From the IMG/VR virus record IMGVR_UViG_3300017917_004266, positions 1 through 64,000 of that record: 64,000 bases of DNA; one strand, given 5' to 3'. Under the pieces are notes generated by a model. The model was not told the origin of the DNA and searched no databases. It saw only the letters and a list, made by a program, of their open reading frames with translations. Position 1 is the stretch's first letter; every line of letters begins with the position of its first letter. The position numbers and the translations under genes are program-made. Positions 39,944 through 48,992 of the stretch are shown here, piece by piece. The stretch is from a virus.

Positions 39944-40378
39944 ATGGAAAATAATACAATCTTTCATCAATATTTTACACAAGTAGTATTTTGGCTTATA
40001 ACAAATGATATAATATTTACAAAAGCTTTCAAAGAGTTCGCTCCACAAGTAGCAGACAAAATAGAAACTTTTTCTAAAAACCCAAATTGTTCTTGTCGTG
40101 GAGCAATAGGAGATTATATTAATTCAAGTGAAAGTAATTATAGCAATACAAAAAGATTTGTATTAGATTTTCTTCAAAAAAATCCTCAAGTTAAAATAGA
40201 TTTAGAAAAAATAGAAAAAGATAATAAAACTGTTGATGCAAGAGGCCAAGTTTTTAGAATAGCTAAAAATGACAAAGCATTTCAAGATTTTTATAGATAT
40301 ATGATTGAAAATAGATTTCAATATCGCCATTTTTCTATTGTACCAGATGGCGAAAGTTGGGTTATATTTTTCCTTTAA
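39944..40378 (+). CDS. Hypothetical protein (NPNCSC motif)
   Basis: Non-virion composition, own promoter. Confidence 0.55.
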   Translation: MENNTIFHQYFTQVVFWLITNDIIFTKAFKEFAPQVADKIETFSKNPNCSCRGAIGDYINSSESNYSNTKRFVLDFLQKNPQVKIDLEKIEKDNKTVDARGQVFRIAKNDKAFQDFYRYMIENRFQYRHFSIVPDGESWVIFFL

Positions 40379-40393
40379 AACTAATATTAATTT

Positions 40394-40427
40394 AGTGTAA
40401 ATTATACTGGAATTTATATAATTCCAG
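40394..40427 (+). promoter_or_regulatory. Late promoter motif AGTGTAA plus leader hairpin
   Basis: AGTGTAA at 40394, then CTGGAAT-ttatata-ATTCCAG. Confidence 0.5.
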
Positions 40428-40447
40428 AAAAAGGAAAAAGGTGAATT

Positions 40448-41659
40448 ATGTCTACAGGTTATTTTGAGTTTAATGAAACTTATTGTCATGATTTACCAAC
40501 CTTAATTACTGGAATAACATATCAAATACCAACTGGTAAAGATGACAAAATCCTGATTGATATTAATAGTATTATTAGTGGATTTTATCGTAAGCTAGAT
40601 AGTACAAGAAATCCAAATATAATAAATATTTCAAATTTACCTAATAATACTTATTATAATGCTCAAACAAAATATTTCCAAGGATATTTACAAGATGATG
40701 GAGTTTATAGCTTGCATGTACATTTACTTGAATCTGGCGTTCTTTGCGATAAAGTAATCAAATTAAATTGTTATAATCCTAATAAAAAATACATATATAA
40801 AGTAAACTATCCTAGCAATATAGGATTTATTAAATATAACCCTTTAGAAAGACTTGGAATAATTAATTTTCATGACTCAGATGCTAGAAAATATTTTTCT
40901 AAAACAAAAATATCTAATGTGGAAATTCAAGATAAAATAAGTGATTTTATTGGAGGACTAAAGAGTTTAAATATTTGGGATAAACTTGAAAATATTTGGA
41001 TATTTAGATCAGAATATAATCTTGCTAGTGGAGCCAGTGGTTTTATTGATTTAAAAAATCCTAATTTTAGTGGATATATTTCTTCACCAACTTATCAAGT
41101 AAATCATACATCAAGTGGTTATAAATTTGTTAATAATAATTCAAAATTTAATCTTTCTAGTAATATTAAATTTACTGGAGCAAATATAAGTATGTTTAGC
41201 GTTCTTGAAAGCAATAAAACTGCCGTACCTCATTTACCATATAGTACTTTATTAGCCCCAGAAAGTTATCAACAGAGTGGATTTAGATTTGGAATATTTA
41301 ATACTTTAAATTATAGGAAATGGTTTACTTTATGGAATAGTGAGAGCATTCCGTCTAATGGTTTTGAAGTTAAAACAAATGCAGCAGGTCAAAGTTCAGA
41401 ATATTCTTTCTTATCTGCTGGTATACAGAATAGCGGTACAGGATTTATACAAATTAATAGTGAATCACCAGATACATCAGCTAAATCATACAAAGAATAT
41501 GGCTATGGAATTAATACATTTCCATATGTCGCTGGTGGTACAAATGTAATACCAAATCGTATAGTATTTTTTGCTATTTCAAAACAAAATATCCTTAATA
41601 ATCATTCTGGATTGATGAATTTAGTAAAAAACACAATTTGTGCTGATCTTAATTTATAG
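40448..41659 (+). CDS. Virion protein (Ig-like N-part, lectin-like C-part)
   Basis: ISNLPNNTYYN..TKYFQG Ig-like segment; ISDFIGGLKSLNIWDKL motif common in phage tail proteins. Confidence 0.45.
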   Translation: MSTGYFEFNETYCHDLPTLITGITYQIPTGKDDKILIDINSIISGFYRKLDSTRNPNIINISNLPNNTYYNAQTKYFQGYLQDDGVYSLHVHLLESGVLCDKVIKLNCYNPNKKYIYKVNYPSNIGFIKYNPLERLGIINFHDSDARKYFSKTKISNVEIQDKISDFIGGLKSLNIWDKLENIWIFRSEYNLASGASGFIDLKNPNFSGYISSPTYQVNHTSSGYKFVNNNSKFNLSSNIKFTGANISMFSVLESNKTAVPHLPYSTLLAPESYQQSGFRFGIFNTLNYRKWFTLWNSESIPSNGFEVKTNAAGQSSEYSFLSAGIQNSGTGFIQINSESPDTSAKSYKEYGYGINTFPYVAGGTNVIPNRIVFFAISKQNILNNHSGLMNLVKNTICADLNL

Positions 41660-41665
41660 TGTAAT
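41658..41665 (+). promoter_or_regulatory. Putative late promoter motif AGTGTAAT
   Basis: Upstream of 41687. Confidence 0.55.
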
Positions 41666-41686
41666 TTATCAATAGGAATAAGGAAA

Positions 41687-43063
41687 ATGGCAGATAAAAG
41701 TTATAATGTAAGTGTTGGGTATAAAAATATATCTAATATATATAATGATCTTGGATCTAGTTTGACTGGATTAAAAACAGTTAATGGAAATTCTACATTT
41801 TATTTATTTAAATCATCACCAATTAATAAAATTGGTTATGTATTTGATCCAAATCAATTTCCAGCTTTTAGTTATGAATCAATAACCATATTTTATCAAG
41901 GTACAACTGGAGGAAATTCTAGTGGAATTATGATGGATAATAATACATGGATAAAAGATGATTTCTCAACAAATGTAGATAATTATCCAATACCAGAAAA
42001 TTCTCTTATATATCCTCAAATAGGTAATCCATCTACAATTAAAGTTGGAGATGGAGTAATAATAAAAGATCATCATTGTTACTATTTAAATGAAATAGAA
42101 GCATCTGGTCTTTATTTTGAAAAAGGAAAAACATATCAATTTGTTCAAACAGGAATTTCAAACAGCGGCAATCCATTAAATATCTATGTTGATGAATATG
42201 GTAACAAAAAATTAGAAAAATATGTATCAATTAGTGGTACAGCTGGAGTTGACAGATACGTTACTGTTTCTATACCAAAATCTTATAAAGAAACAAATAC
42301 TCTTTATTATGGAAATGAAAGTGGAGATTTTTTTGGCGCGCCAATTAAATTAATATCAACAGATTATTATTTAAAACATAATATAAAACTTTTATGTTTT
42401 GGAGCAGTACATGATGGCGTTAAATATTATCTCCCAGATAGTATCTTAGATCAGAAATTTTTATTTACACAATCTTCATTAAATTATACATTATTAAAAT
42501 CAGGAATTTATCCTATAGTTTCTAATCATGAAAATAATCAATATTCTACTTCTACATTATATAGAAGAAAAGACACGCTAGATATAAACTTAGTTAAGTC
42601 TACGGGATATAACGGTACTATAATGGATAGAGACTTTGTTATAAATTATTTTGGCAATAAATTAAAATATACAAGAAATCCAATTGAAGCTTATGATTGG
42701 CCAGATCTTGGATGGTTATATTTTTTATTGGAGTATTTTACATTTGGTTGTTCTGGTCAATTAGATGCTTTTGAAATTGATCCAAAAAAATACTATCAAT
42801 ATGGATATCAACTTTCTGGATGTGAACAATGTATTGAAAAAATTGTTTTAACTACTGGAGAGGGTAATATTTATAGCGGTAAAATAGATATTTATTATAA
42901 TCCATTAAAATTAATTAATAATAGTTTTAGTAATCAATTTTTAAATGTAACAAGCGGTGATATAAGAACAGAAGATTTTATCTCCTTTGATAATGTTCCA
43001 AATGTAAAATATACAAAAACTTTTTATCAAGATACTACTTATAGCATTCCAAGGAAAATATAA
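41687..43063 (+). CDS. Virion protein with degenerate cupredoxin-like domain
   Basis: LYFEKGKTYQFVQTGISNSGNPL...TLYYGNESG pattern. Confidence 0.45.
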   Translation: MADKSYNVSVGYKNISNIYNDLGSSLTGLKTVNGNSTFYLFKSSPINKIGYVFDPNQFPAFSYESITIFYQGTTGGNSSGIMMDNNTWIKDDFSTNVDNYPIPENSLIYPQIGNPSTIKVGDGVIIKDHHCYYLNEIEASGLYFEKGKTYQFVQTGISNSGNPLNIYVDEYGNKKLEKYVSISGTAGVDRYVTVSIPKSYKETNTLYYGNESGDFFGAPIKLISTDYYLKHNIKLLCFGAVHDGVKYYLPDSILDQKFLFTQSSLNYTLLKSGIYPIVSNHENNQYSTSTLYRRKDTLDINLVKSTGYNGTIMDRDFVINYFGNKLKYTRNPIEAYDWPDLGWLYFLLEYFTFGCSGQLDAFEIDPKKYYQYGYQLSGCEQCIEKIVLTTGEGNIYSGKIDIYYNPLKLINNSFSNQFLNVTSGDIRTEDFISFDNVPNVKYTKTFYQDTTYSIPRKI

Positions 43064-43066
43064 TTT

Positions 43067-46000
43067 ATGTCTTCTTCTTTTATTAATTTGAAAGTAACTG
43101 GATGGGGATGGGAAGGATACAATATAGCAACAGGAGGGAATTTATTAACTGGAGTAATTGATATTAGCGCAGGTTATTACCATAATTTAGCTATTTTAAG
43201 TGGTGGAATAGTAACTGGTTGGGGACAAAGTCAAGGAGGAGAACTTGACTGTGTAGGTTTAACTGGAGTTAGTGGAATTAGCGCTGGTCTAGGATATAGT
43301 TTAATACTTTTTAATAATAAAACAATAACTGGATGTGGTAGAAATTCTTATGGAATAGCCACTGGAGGATCTGAATTAACTGGAGTTAAAAAAGTAATTG
43401 CAGGAAAATATAATAGTTTAGCACTTTTAGAAAATGGAATAGCAACAGGATGGGGATCTTTAACATGGGGAATTACAACTGGAGGAAATGACTTAACTGG
43501 AATTAAAGATTTATACTTAAGCAAACCAGCGCCAAATACTGGACAACATTGGGTTATAGCATTATTAAATGATAATACAATAACTGGTTGGGGATTCAAT
43601 GATGGCCATCAAAATATATATGGTGGAAATAACCTAACAGGAATAACTAACATAGCAATAGGATATGCTCATACAATTGCTCTTTTAGAAAATGGTACAA
43701 TAACTGGTTGGGGATATGATTCTGGTGGAGGAGAGTCTATTGGCAATAGATCTAATATTAAGCAAATAGAAGCTGGATATCAAAGTAATTTAGCTCTTTT
43801 AAATGATGGAACAGTTACTGGATGGGGAAATTCTGGATCAAATTATATAGATTGGAATGTAACTTCAGAATTAATTAATGTTCAAAAAATTAGTTATGGT
43901 TACATACATGGTTTAGCATTATTACCACTATCTTCATCTTCATCTTCATCTTCATCTTCATCTTCATTTAATTTAAATAATATTTTTGAATCTAATACTG
44001 GATTATTTTTATTTGATAATATTCAAATCCAAAATAAAAAGATAAGACCATCTTTTGATACTGGAGTTTATAATTATAAAACTGGACAAATTAATATAAA
44101 TAAATATATACAAAAATATATTAATCTTCCAGTATCTGGACTAAATTATAATAAACTTGCTGGATATAGGGTTTTAAATGATATATCTTTTATACCATTA
44201 AAAAATTATGTTGGTCATATTTATACTGGTTTATATTCTGGAAAAGAACCAGCAGAATATGAGACTGGTTTATATGGAATTCCAAAAGTAACAACAAATA
44301 TAATATATGACAAAATAAATAGAATTGATTACCAAGCGTCAAAATATAAATATAATGTAAATGATAAATATAATCAACAGTTTTTACCAAAAACAGGCGA
44401 ACCACATATTTTACTATTAGACTTAAATCTTTATGGATTTGAAGAAGATAAAATAGAAGATTGTGATATTGAAATGAACGCCGTAATTTTAAAAACAGGT
44501 TTCTTCAAAGATATACCTAAAAATCCTAGTATTTTAAACTTAAATATTATAGATAATATAAAACCAGTAGGTATTGTAGATCATATATATCAATATATGG
44601 CTCAAAAAAGAGTATTACAAAATTTTGAAACAAATAATTTTATTAATTACGATAGTTCTTATTATAGTAATCAATCTTTAGAATTAAACAATGAATATAA
44701 ATATATAAAGAATGAAATTACAATAAACCCACCAATACTTTCTACTCAAAAAAATATTGGATTACCATGTTTATTTCAATATAAACCCATAAATAATAAT
44801 ATAAAATATAATATTGGAAAATATAAATTTTTAGTTTATGATAAATCAAATAATTATCTACAAAGTGGCAATTATATAACTGGAACACAAACTGGATTTC
44901 TATACTTTTTAAGTCCAGGAACTTATATTACAATTATTTCTGGTAATGAAAGTGATTTTGTTTATTCAAATAATTCTCTAAATGAAAAGAATGAAAATAT
45001 TAATTTACTTTCCATGGATGTAAATTTTGTAACTGGAGAAAAATTAAAAGAAATCTATATTGAAAATCAAGATAAAATTTGGGCAAGTTACTTTCTTGGG
45101 TCAACAGAACTTATATCTGGTTCTGGATTTAATAGTTTAAATAGCGATTCTCCTGTAGCTTTTGCAATTGATTTTGAAAGAAATTTAAGCGGACAAGTAA
45201 ATAGTCCATTTTTATTCTATAGAGAAATAACTGGTAATTATACAAATCTTTGCGCACCAAAAATTATCGTAATAACACCAAAAGCTCAAGCTTGTACTAC
45301 TGCATTTTGTACAATTTGCCAAGATGCTGCTCAAAAATATAAAAAAGGAGAAACTTATATTGATGTTCCAAAAAAATATTTACCTTTAACTATTTATGGT
45401 CAATATTTAAATTTTTATGAATCTCTAAGTGATTCTATCTATAGAGTTGCAATAGATGAAAATTTAACAAATTTATGTTGTTATTGTAAAGAAGTTGGAT
45501 GTAGAGATTTATCTACTAAAATTAATATAAATTTAAATCTTCCTAAAGATGCAGTAAGTGGTGACGCAATATATTCTGGAGTATTTTTCTTAGATGATTC
45601 AAATCCATTGACTGTCCAAACAAAATATAATTACTATTATTATTCTGGACAAATTGCATTTAATAGTTTTTATGAAGGAGATAAAATAATATTTAAACAA
45701 TATCCTTTTGATTTTGATAGGGTATATAATACGTTATACGGAGAAAGACCTTATATTCCAGAATATAAAACAGAATTCATATATTCTAATACAAGTGTAG
45801 GAAATAATTATTTTAGTGGTAAAACAGATTTAATTAATAAAATAAATCTAAAATTCGCATCATCAGGTTTATATTCTTGGAAACCATTAAAATATAATAA
45901 AACTCCACAATTTGAATATGGACCATTATTAACTGGAATAGACGCTGGAATTGATATAAGTGGAAATGATATTATTAATATAATTTCATTAAGAAGTGGT

Positions 46001-46561
46001 AAATTTGGGAGTCATGATATAAAATTAGATTTACAACCAAGATTACAAATTTATAATTATCTTGTACCTAAAATAATAACATTACAAGTTTCTGACGATA
46101 ATATAAATTGGACAGGAATAGTAACATCTCAAAATAGACAACCAGTTAATACATATCTTAAAAATCCAAATGCTATAGTTGGAGATATTTTATATGATCA
46201 AATAGAAAATACAAAATATACCGTCACAAAGAACATACCAATTTCATCTGAAATAGAAAATAAACAAGAAGAAGAAAAAGAAGAATCTTTAGAAGATTTA
46301 TTAAATAGATTAAAAAGTGGAAATTTACAAATGTCTGGTCAAATTATTTGTTTGAAAGATCCAAATGGAAGTGGACAGGTTTGTGGAACTGGTTTTATTG
46401 ATTATCAATTACTTAATTTTTCTTGTAGACTTAGTGGTAGCGGAGAACAACCAGAAGAAACTGGCAAACCAAAACTTGAAACAGAGAAAAAAGAATTGGG
46501 ATCATCATTAACAGAAGATATAGATAGATTTAGAATAGGATTTTATGATTATTTATCATAA
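43067..46561 (+). CDS. Virion protein: RCC1-like propeller, poly-Ser linker, TG-rich region
   Basis: About 7 repeats ALLE(N/D)GT(I/V)TGWG; S12 linker; F5/8-like PKIITLQVSDDNINW. Confidence 0.65.
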   Translation: MSSSFINLKVTGWGWEGYNIATGGNLLTGVIDISAGYYHNLAILSGGIVTGWGQSQGGELDCVGLTGVSGISAGLGYSLILFNNKTITGCGRNSYGIATGGSELTGVKKVIAGKYNSLALLENGIATGWGSLTWGITTGGNDLTGIKDLYLSKPAPNTGQHWVIALLNDNTITGWGFNDGHQNIYGGNNLTGITNIAIGYAHTIALLENGTITGWGYDSGGGESIGNRSNIKQIEAGYQSNLALLNDGTVTGWGNSGSNYIDWNVTSELINVQKISYGYIHGLALLPLSSSSSSSSSSSSFNLNNIFESNTGLFLFDNIQIQNKKIRPSFDTGVYNYKTGQININKYIQKYINLPVSGLNYNKLAGYRVLNDISFIPLKNYVGHIYTGLYSGKEPAEYETGLYGIPKVTTNIIYDKINRIDYQASKYKYNVNDKYNQQFLPKTGEPHILLLDLNLYGFEEDKIEDCDIEMNAVILKTGFFKDIPKNPSILNLNIIDNIKPVGIVDHIYQYMAQKRVLQNFETNNFINYDSSYYSNQSLELNNEYKYIKNEITINPPILSTQKNIGLPCLFQYKPINNNIKYNIGKYKFLVYDKSNNYLQSGNYITGTQTGFLYFLSPGTYITIISGNESDFVYSNNSLNEKNENINLLSMDVNFVTGEKLKEIYIENQDKIWASYFLGSTELISGSGFNSLNSDSPVAFAIDFERNLSGQVNSPFLFYREITGNYTNLCAPKIIVITPKAQACTTAFCTICQDAAQKYKKGETYIDVPKKYLPLTIYGQYLNFYESLSDSIYRVAIDENLTNLCCYCKEVGCRDLSTKININLNLPKDAVSGDAIYSGVFFLDDSNPLTVQTKYNYYYYSGQIAFNSFYEGDKIIFKQYPFDFDRVYNTLYGERPYIPEYKTEFIYSNTSVGNNYFSGKTDLINKINLKFASSGLYSWKPLKYNKTPQFEYGPLLTGIDAGIDISGNDIINIISLRSGKFGSHDIKLDLQPRLQIYNYLVPKIITLQVSDDNINWTGIVTSQNRQPVNTYLKNPNAIVGDILYDQIENTKYTVTKNIPISSEIENKQEEEKEESLEDLLNRLKSGNLQMSGQIICLKDPNGSGQVCGTGFIDYQLLNFSCRLSGSGEQPEETGKPKLETEKKELGSSLTEDIDRFRIGFYDYLS
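43931..43966 (+). repeat. (TCTTCA)6 microsatellite encoding Ser12
   Basis: Perfect hexamer tandem repeat. Confidence 0.9.
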
Positions 46562-46606
46562 TATAAAATATTTAAATTCTATATATAAATATATATAATA
46601 TATAAT

Positions 46607-48139
46607 ATGAGTGCAATAGTAGATGATATTTTATTTGTAAAAAATGACTCATTTGCTTCATATGTCAATCATTATCTTGAATATCAAGTAAAAAGTTTTG
46701 GTGATTTTATAGATTCAAATGCTTATTTAAGTCATCCTACACTTGGATTTACAAAAGATAATCGTATCACAGGATATATACCTCAAACTGGGTGGCATCC
46801 ACAATATATATATTTTTATGATCGTGAAAGTAGAGCATCTGCAGCTAATATAATTATATACATATATCCTTCTCCAAGAGAAATAAAATGCGAAGATTAT
46901 TTTTTATCTAGCATACCATTAATATCTAATTGTGGAATAAATTCTCATTCAATTTCAGTTTTAATAGATAGTTTAACTTGTTATAAATGTGTATCAAATG
47001 ATACAACAGATCAAACTTGTGAAATAAATGGTTATTTTAGTTTTCCTCCAGATTGTCCACCAAATTCGTTTTTATCTACGGTATATATAGGGGTTGGTAA
47101 ACCATGTTATGAGTGTACTATTGGTTCTTCCTCGTCATCAGCATCATCATCGTCTTCATCTCCAGGTGTACCACCAGGAGGTGGTCCAGGAGCTGGCGCA
47201 GGTGGAGGACCAGGCCAAGATGATCCTGGATGGCCACCAGGAAGACCTCCAAGTAGTTCTTCATCTTCTTCGTCTTCATCTTCTTCCTCATCTTCTAGTA
47301 GTTCTTCTTCCTCGTCGTCATCTTCTTCGAGTAGTTATTCTTCTTCGTCATCTTCTTGTATTGATTGTAGTAGTAGTAGTTCTTCTAGTAGCAGTGGACC
47401 TAGATATGGTGGTGGACCTGGTGGACCTAGTGGACCTGGTAAAAAAGGACCAGGATATGGTCCTAGACCTAGACCAAAGAAACCATGTGAATGTCCAGCT
47501 GGATACCAACAATCTCCTTGCCCAAATGATACTTGTGAAGATAGTGTATTTAATACAGGTAGTATAGTAGACTGTGAATCTGGAAGTATTAGATGTGTAG
47601 TTTGTCGTCCAACTACTACACGCGCAGCAAGATGTGCAGCTTGTGATACTAGTGATCCACCTCGCTTTAATGCTTGTAAAAAACAAGAAGATCTACCAGG
47701 TTGTTCTTGGGGAAATTATTGTGAAGGAAGTTGGGCTGGCTGTACTGTATATCATGGTGGAGATCCAATTGAACCTCCATGTAAACGCTGGGTAGAAGAT
47801 CCTTCTAAATGTCCAAAAGAATGTCCTCCTGCTCCAGAAGGGCCTTTACCACAATGTACAAAATGGGTATGTGAAAGTTATACATGTGAATGTACTCGTT
47901 ATGAAGGAGATAGCGCTTCAAATGTTGGAAAAAGAGTTGTAATGCGACCAGTACCTCCAGAAGAGTGTTCTTCTTCATCTTCTAGTGCGCCAAGTGCTGT
48001 AGTTAATCTATCTTTATTAAATAAATTATTAGATATTCAATTAGATGATAAAAATAATCAAAATTATTTAGATTTAAATAATTTAACTGATGAAAAGATT
48101 CAAGAAGTAATTAATGAAATTAAAAATATTAATCAATAA
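46607..48139 (+). CDS. Ser/Gly/Pro- and Cys-rich low-complexity protein
   Basis: Very long poly-Ser, GGPG repeats, many CxxC/CxC motifs; locally higher GC. Confidence 0.65.
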   Translation: MSAIVDDILFVKNDSFASYVNHYLEYQVKSFGDFIDSNAYLSHPTLGFTKDNRITGYIPQTGWHPQYIYFYDRESRASAANIIIYIYPSPREIKCEDYFLSSIPLISNCGINSHSISVLIDSLTCYKCVSNDTTDQTCEINGYFSFPPDCPPNSFLSTVYIGVGKPCYECTIGSSSSSASSSSSSPGVPPGGGPGAGAGGGPGQDDPGWPPGRPPSSSSSSSSSSSSSSSSSSSSSSSSSSSSYSSSSSSCIDCSSSSSSSSSGPRYGGGPGGPSGPGKKGPGYGPRPRPKKPCECPAGYQQSPCPNDTCEDSVFNTGSIVDCESGSIRCVVCRPTTTRAARCAACDTSDPPRFNACKKQEDLPGCSWGNYCEGSWAGCTVYHGGDPIEPPCKRWVEDPSKCPKECPPAPEGPLPQCTKWVCESYTCECTRYEGDSASNVGKRVVMRPVPPEECSSSSSSAPSAVVNLSLLNKLLDIQLDDKNNQNYLDLNNLTDEKIQEVINEIKNINQ

Positions 48140-48969
48140 TGGAATATTCTCATACTTTTTTACCAATATCAAATAATCAAAAATATTTAATACCTCAAGT
48201 TTTATCTTTTCTTTGTTTAAAAAAACAAAAATTAAAAATTAATCTCTATTCTACAAATGAACATATAAATATATGTAAAAAAATAGGATTAAATTATGAT
48301 AATTTTTATGAAATAAAAAATAATGAATTTTATGATTATTATTGGAGTTATTCTAAAATGGAAGTTTTAAAAAATAAAAAGAATCAAATAATTATAGATC
48401 TTGATACATTTCTGTTAAAAGATATATCTAAAAATACTGATCACGCAGATTTAATTTTTCAAGACATAGAAATACTAAATGATTGTCCTTGGTATTTAGA
48501 TCTAATTAATATTTTTAAAGAAAGTGTCCCATCTAAAGTTATACCTGAGTGGGATTTTTTAATAAAAAAATTTTATTCAAAAAATAAATTAAAAATTAAT
48601 TTAGGAGATGAATGCGCTTATAATTGCGCGATCTTAAGTTTTAAAAATCCAATTATAGGAGAAGATTACGCAAATAAATCTATATTAATATATCATTTTT
48701 TAAGAAAAAAATATGATATAGAATATTTAAAAAATATAAAATCTTTCCATTGTTTACCTATAATTCCAGAACAATTATTTCTTAAATTTTATGCAGAGTA
48801 TCATAATCTAAATTGTATTAATACTATTAATAATATAAAAACCAAAAATAATTTCTATTGTCATCTTGGCGTATATAAAAATGATAAAAATACTAAAGAT
48901 ATAATATTAAAAAATATCAAAAATATAGATGAAAATATATATGAAAATTTAATTAAATATATAGTGTAA
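48139..48969 (+). CDS. Putative GT-A glycosyltransferase (DUF6734-like)
   Basis: WSYSK, IIIDLDTFL (DxD), YNCAI, PEQ, YCHLG; TAATG-coupled to 46607. Confidence 0.55.
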   Translation: MEYSHTFLPISNNQKYLIPQVLSFLCLKKQKLKINLYSTNEHINICKKIGLNYDNFYEIKNNEFYDYYWSYSKMEVLKNKKNQIIIDLDTFLLKDISKNTDHADLIFQDIEILNDCPWYLDLINIFKESVPSKVIPEWDFLIKKFYSKNKLKINLGDECAYNCAILSFKNPIIGEDYANKSILIYHFLRKKYDIEYLKNIKSFHCLPIIPEQLFLKFYAEYHNLNCINTINNIKTKNNFYCHLGVYKNDKNTKDIILKNIKNIDENIYENLIKYIV

Positions 48970-48971
48970 TA
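48963..48971 (+). promoter_or_regulatory. Putative late promoter motif AGTGTAATA
   Basis: Upstream of 48993. Confidence 0.6.
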
Positions 48972-48992
48972 CTATTAAAGGTATAAGGCAAA

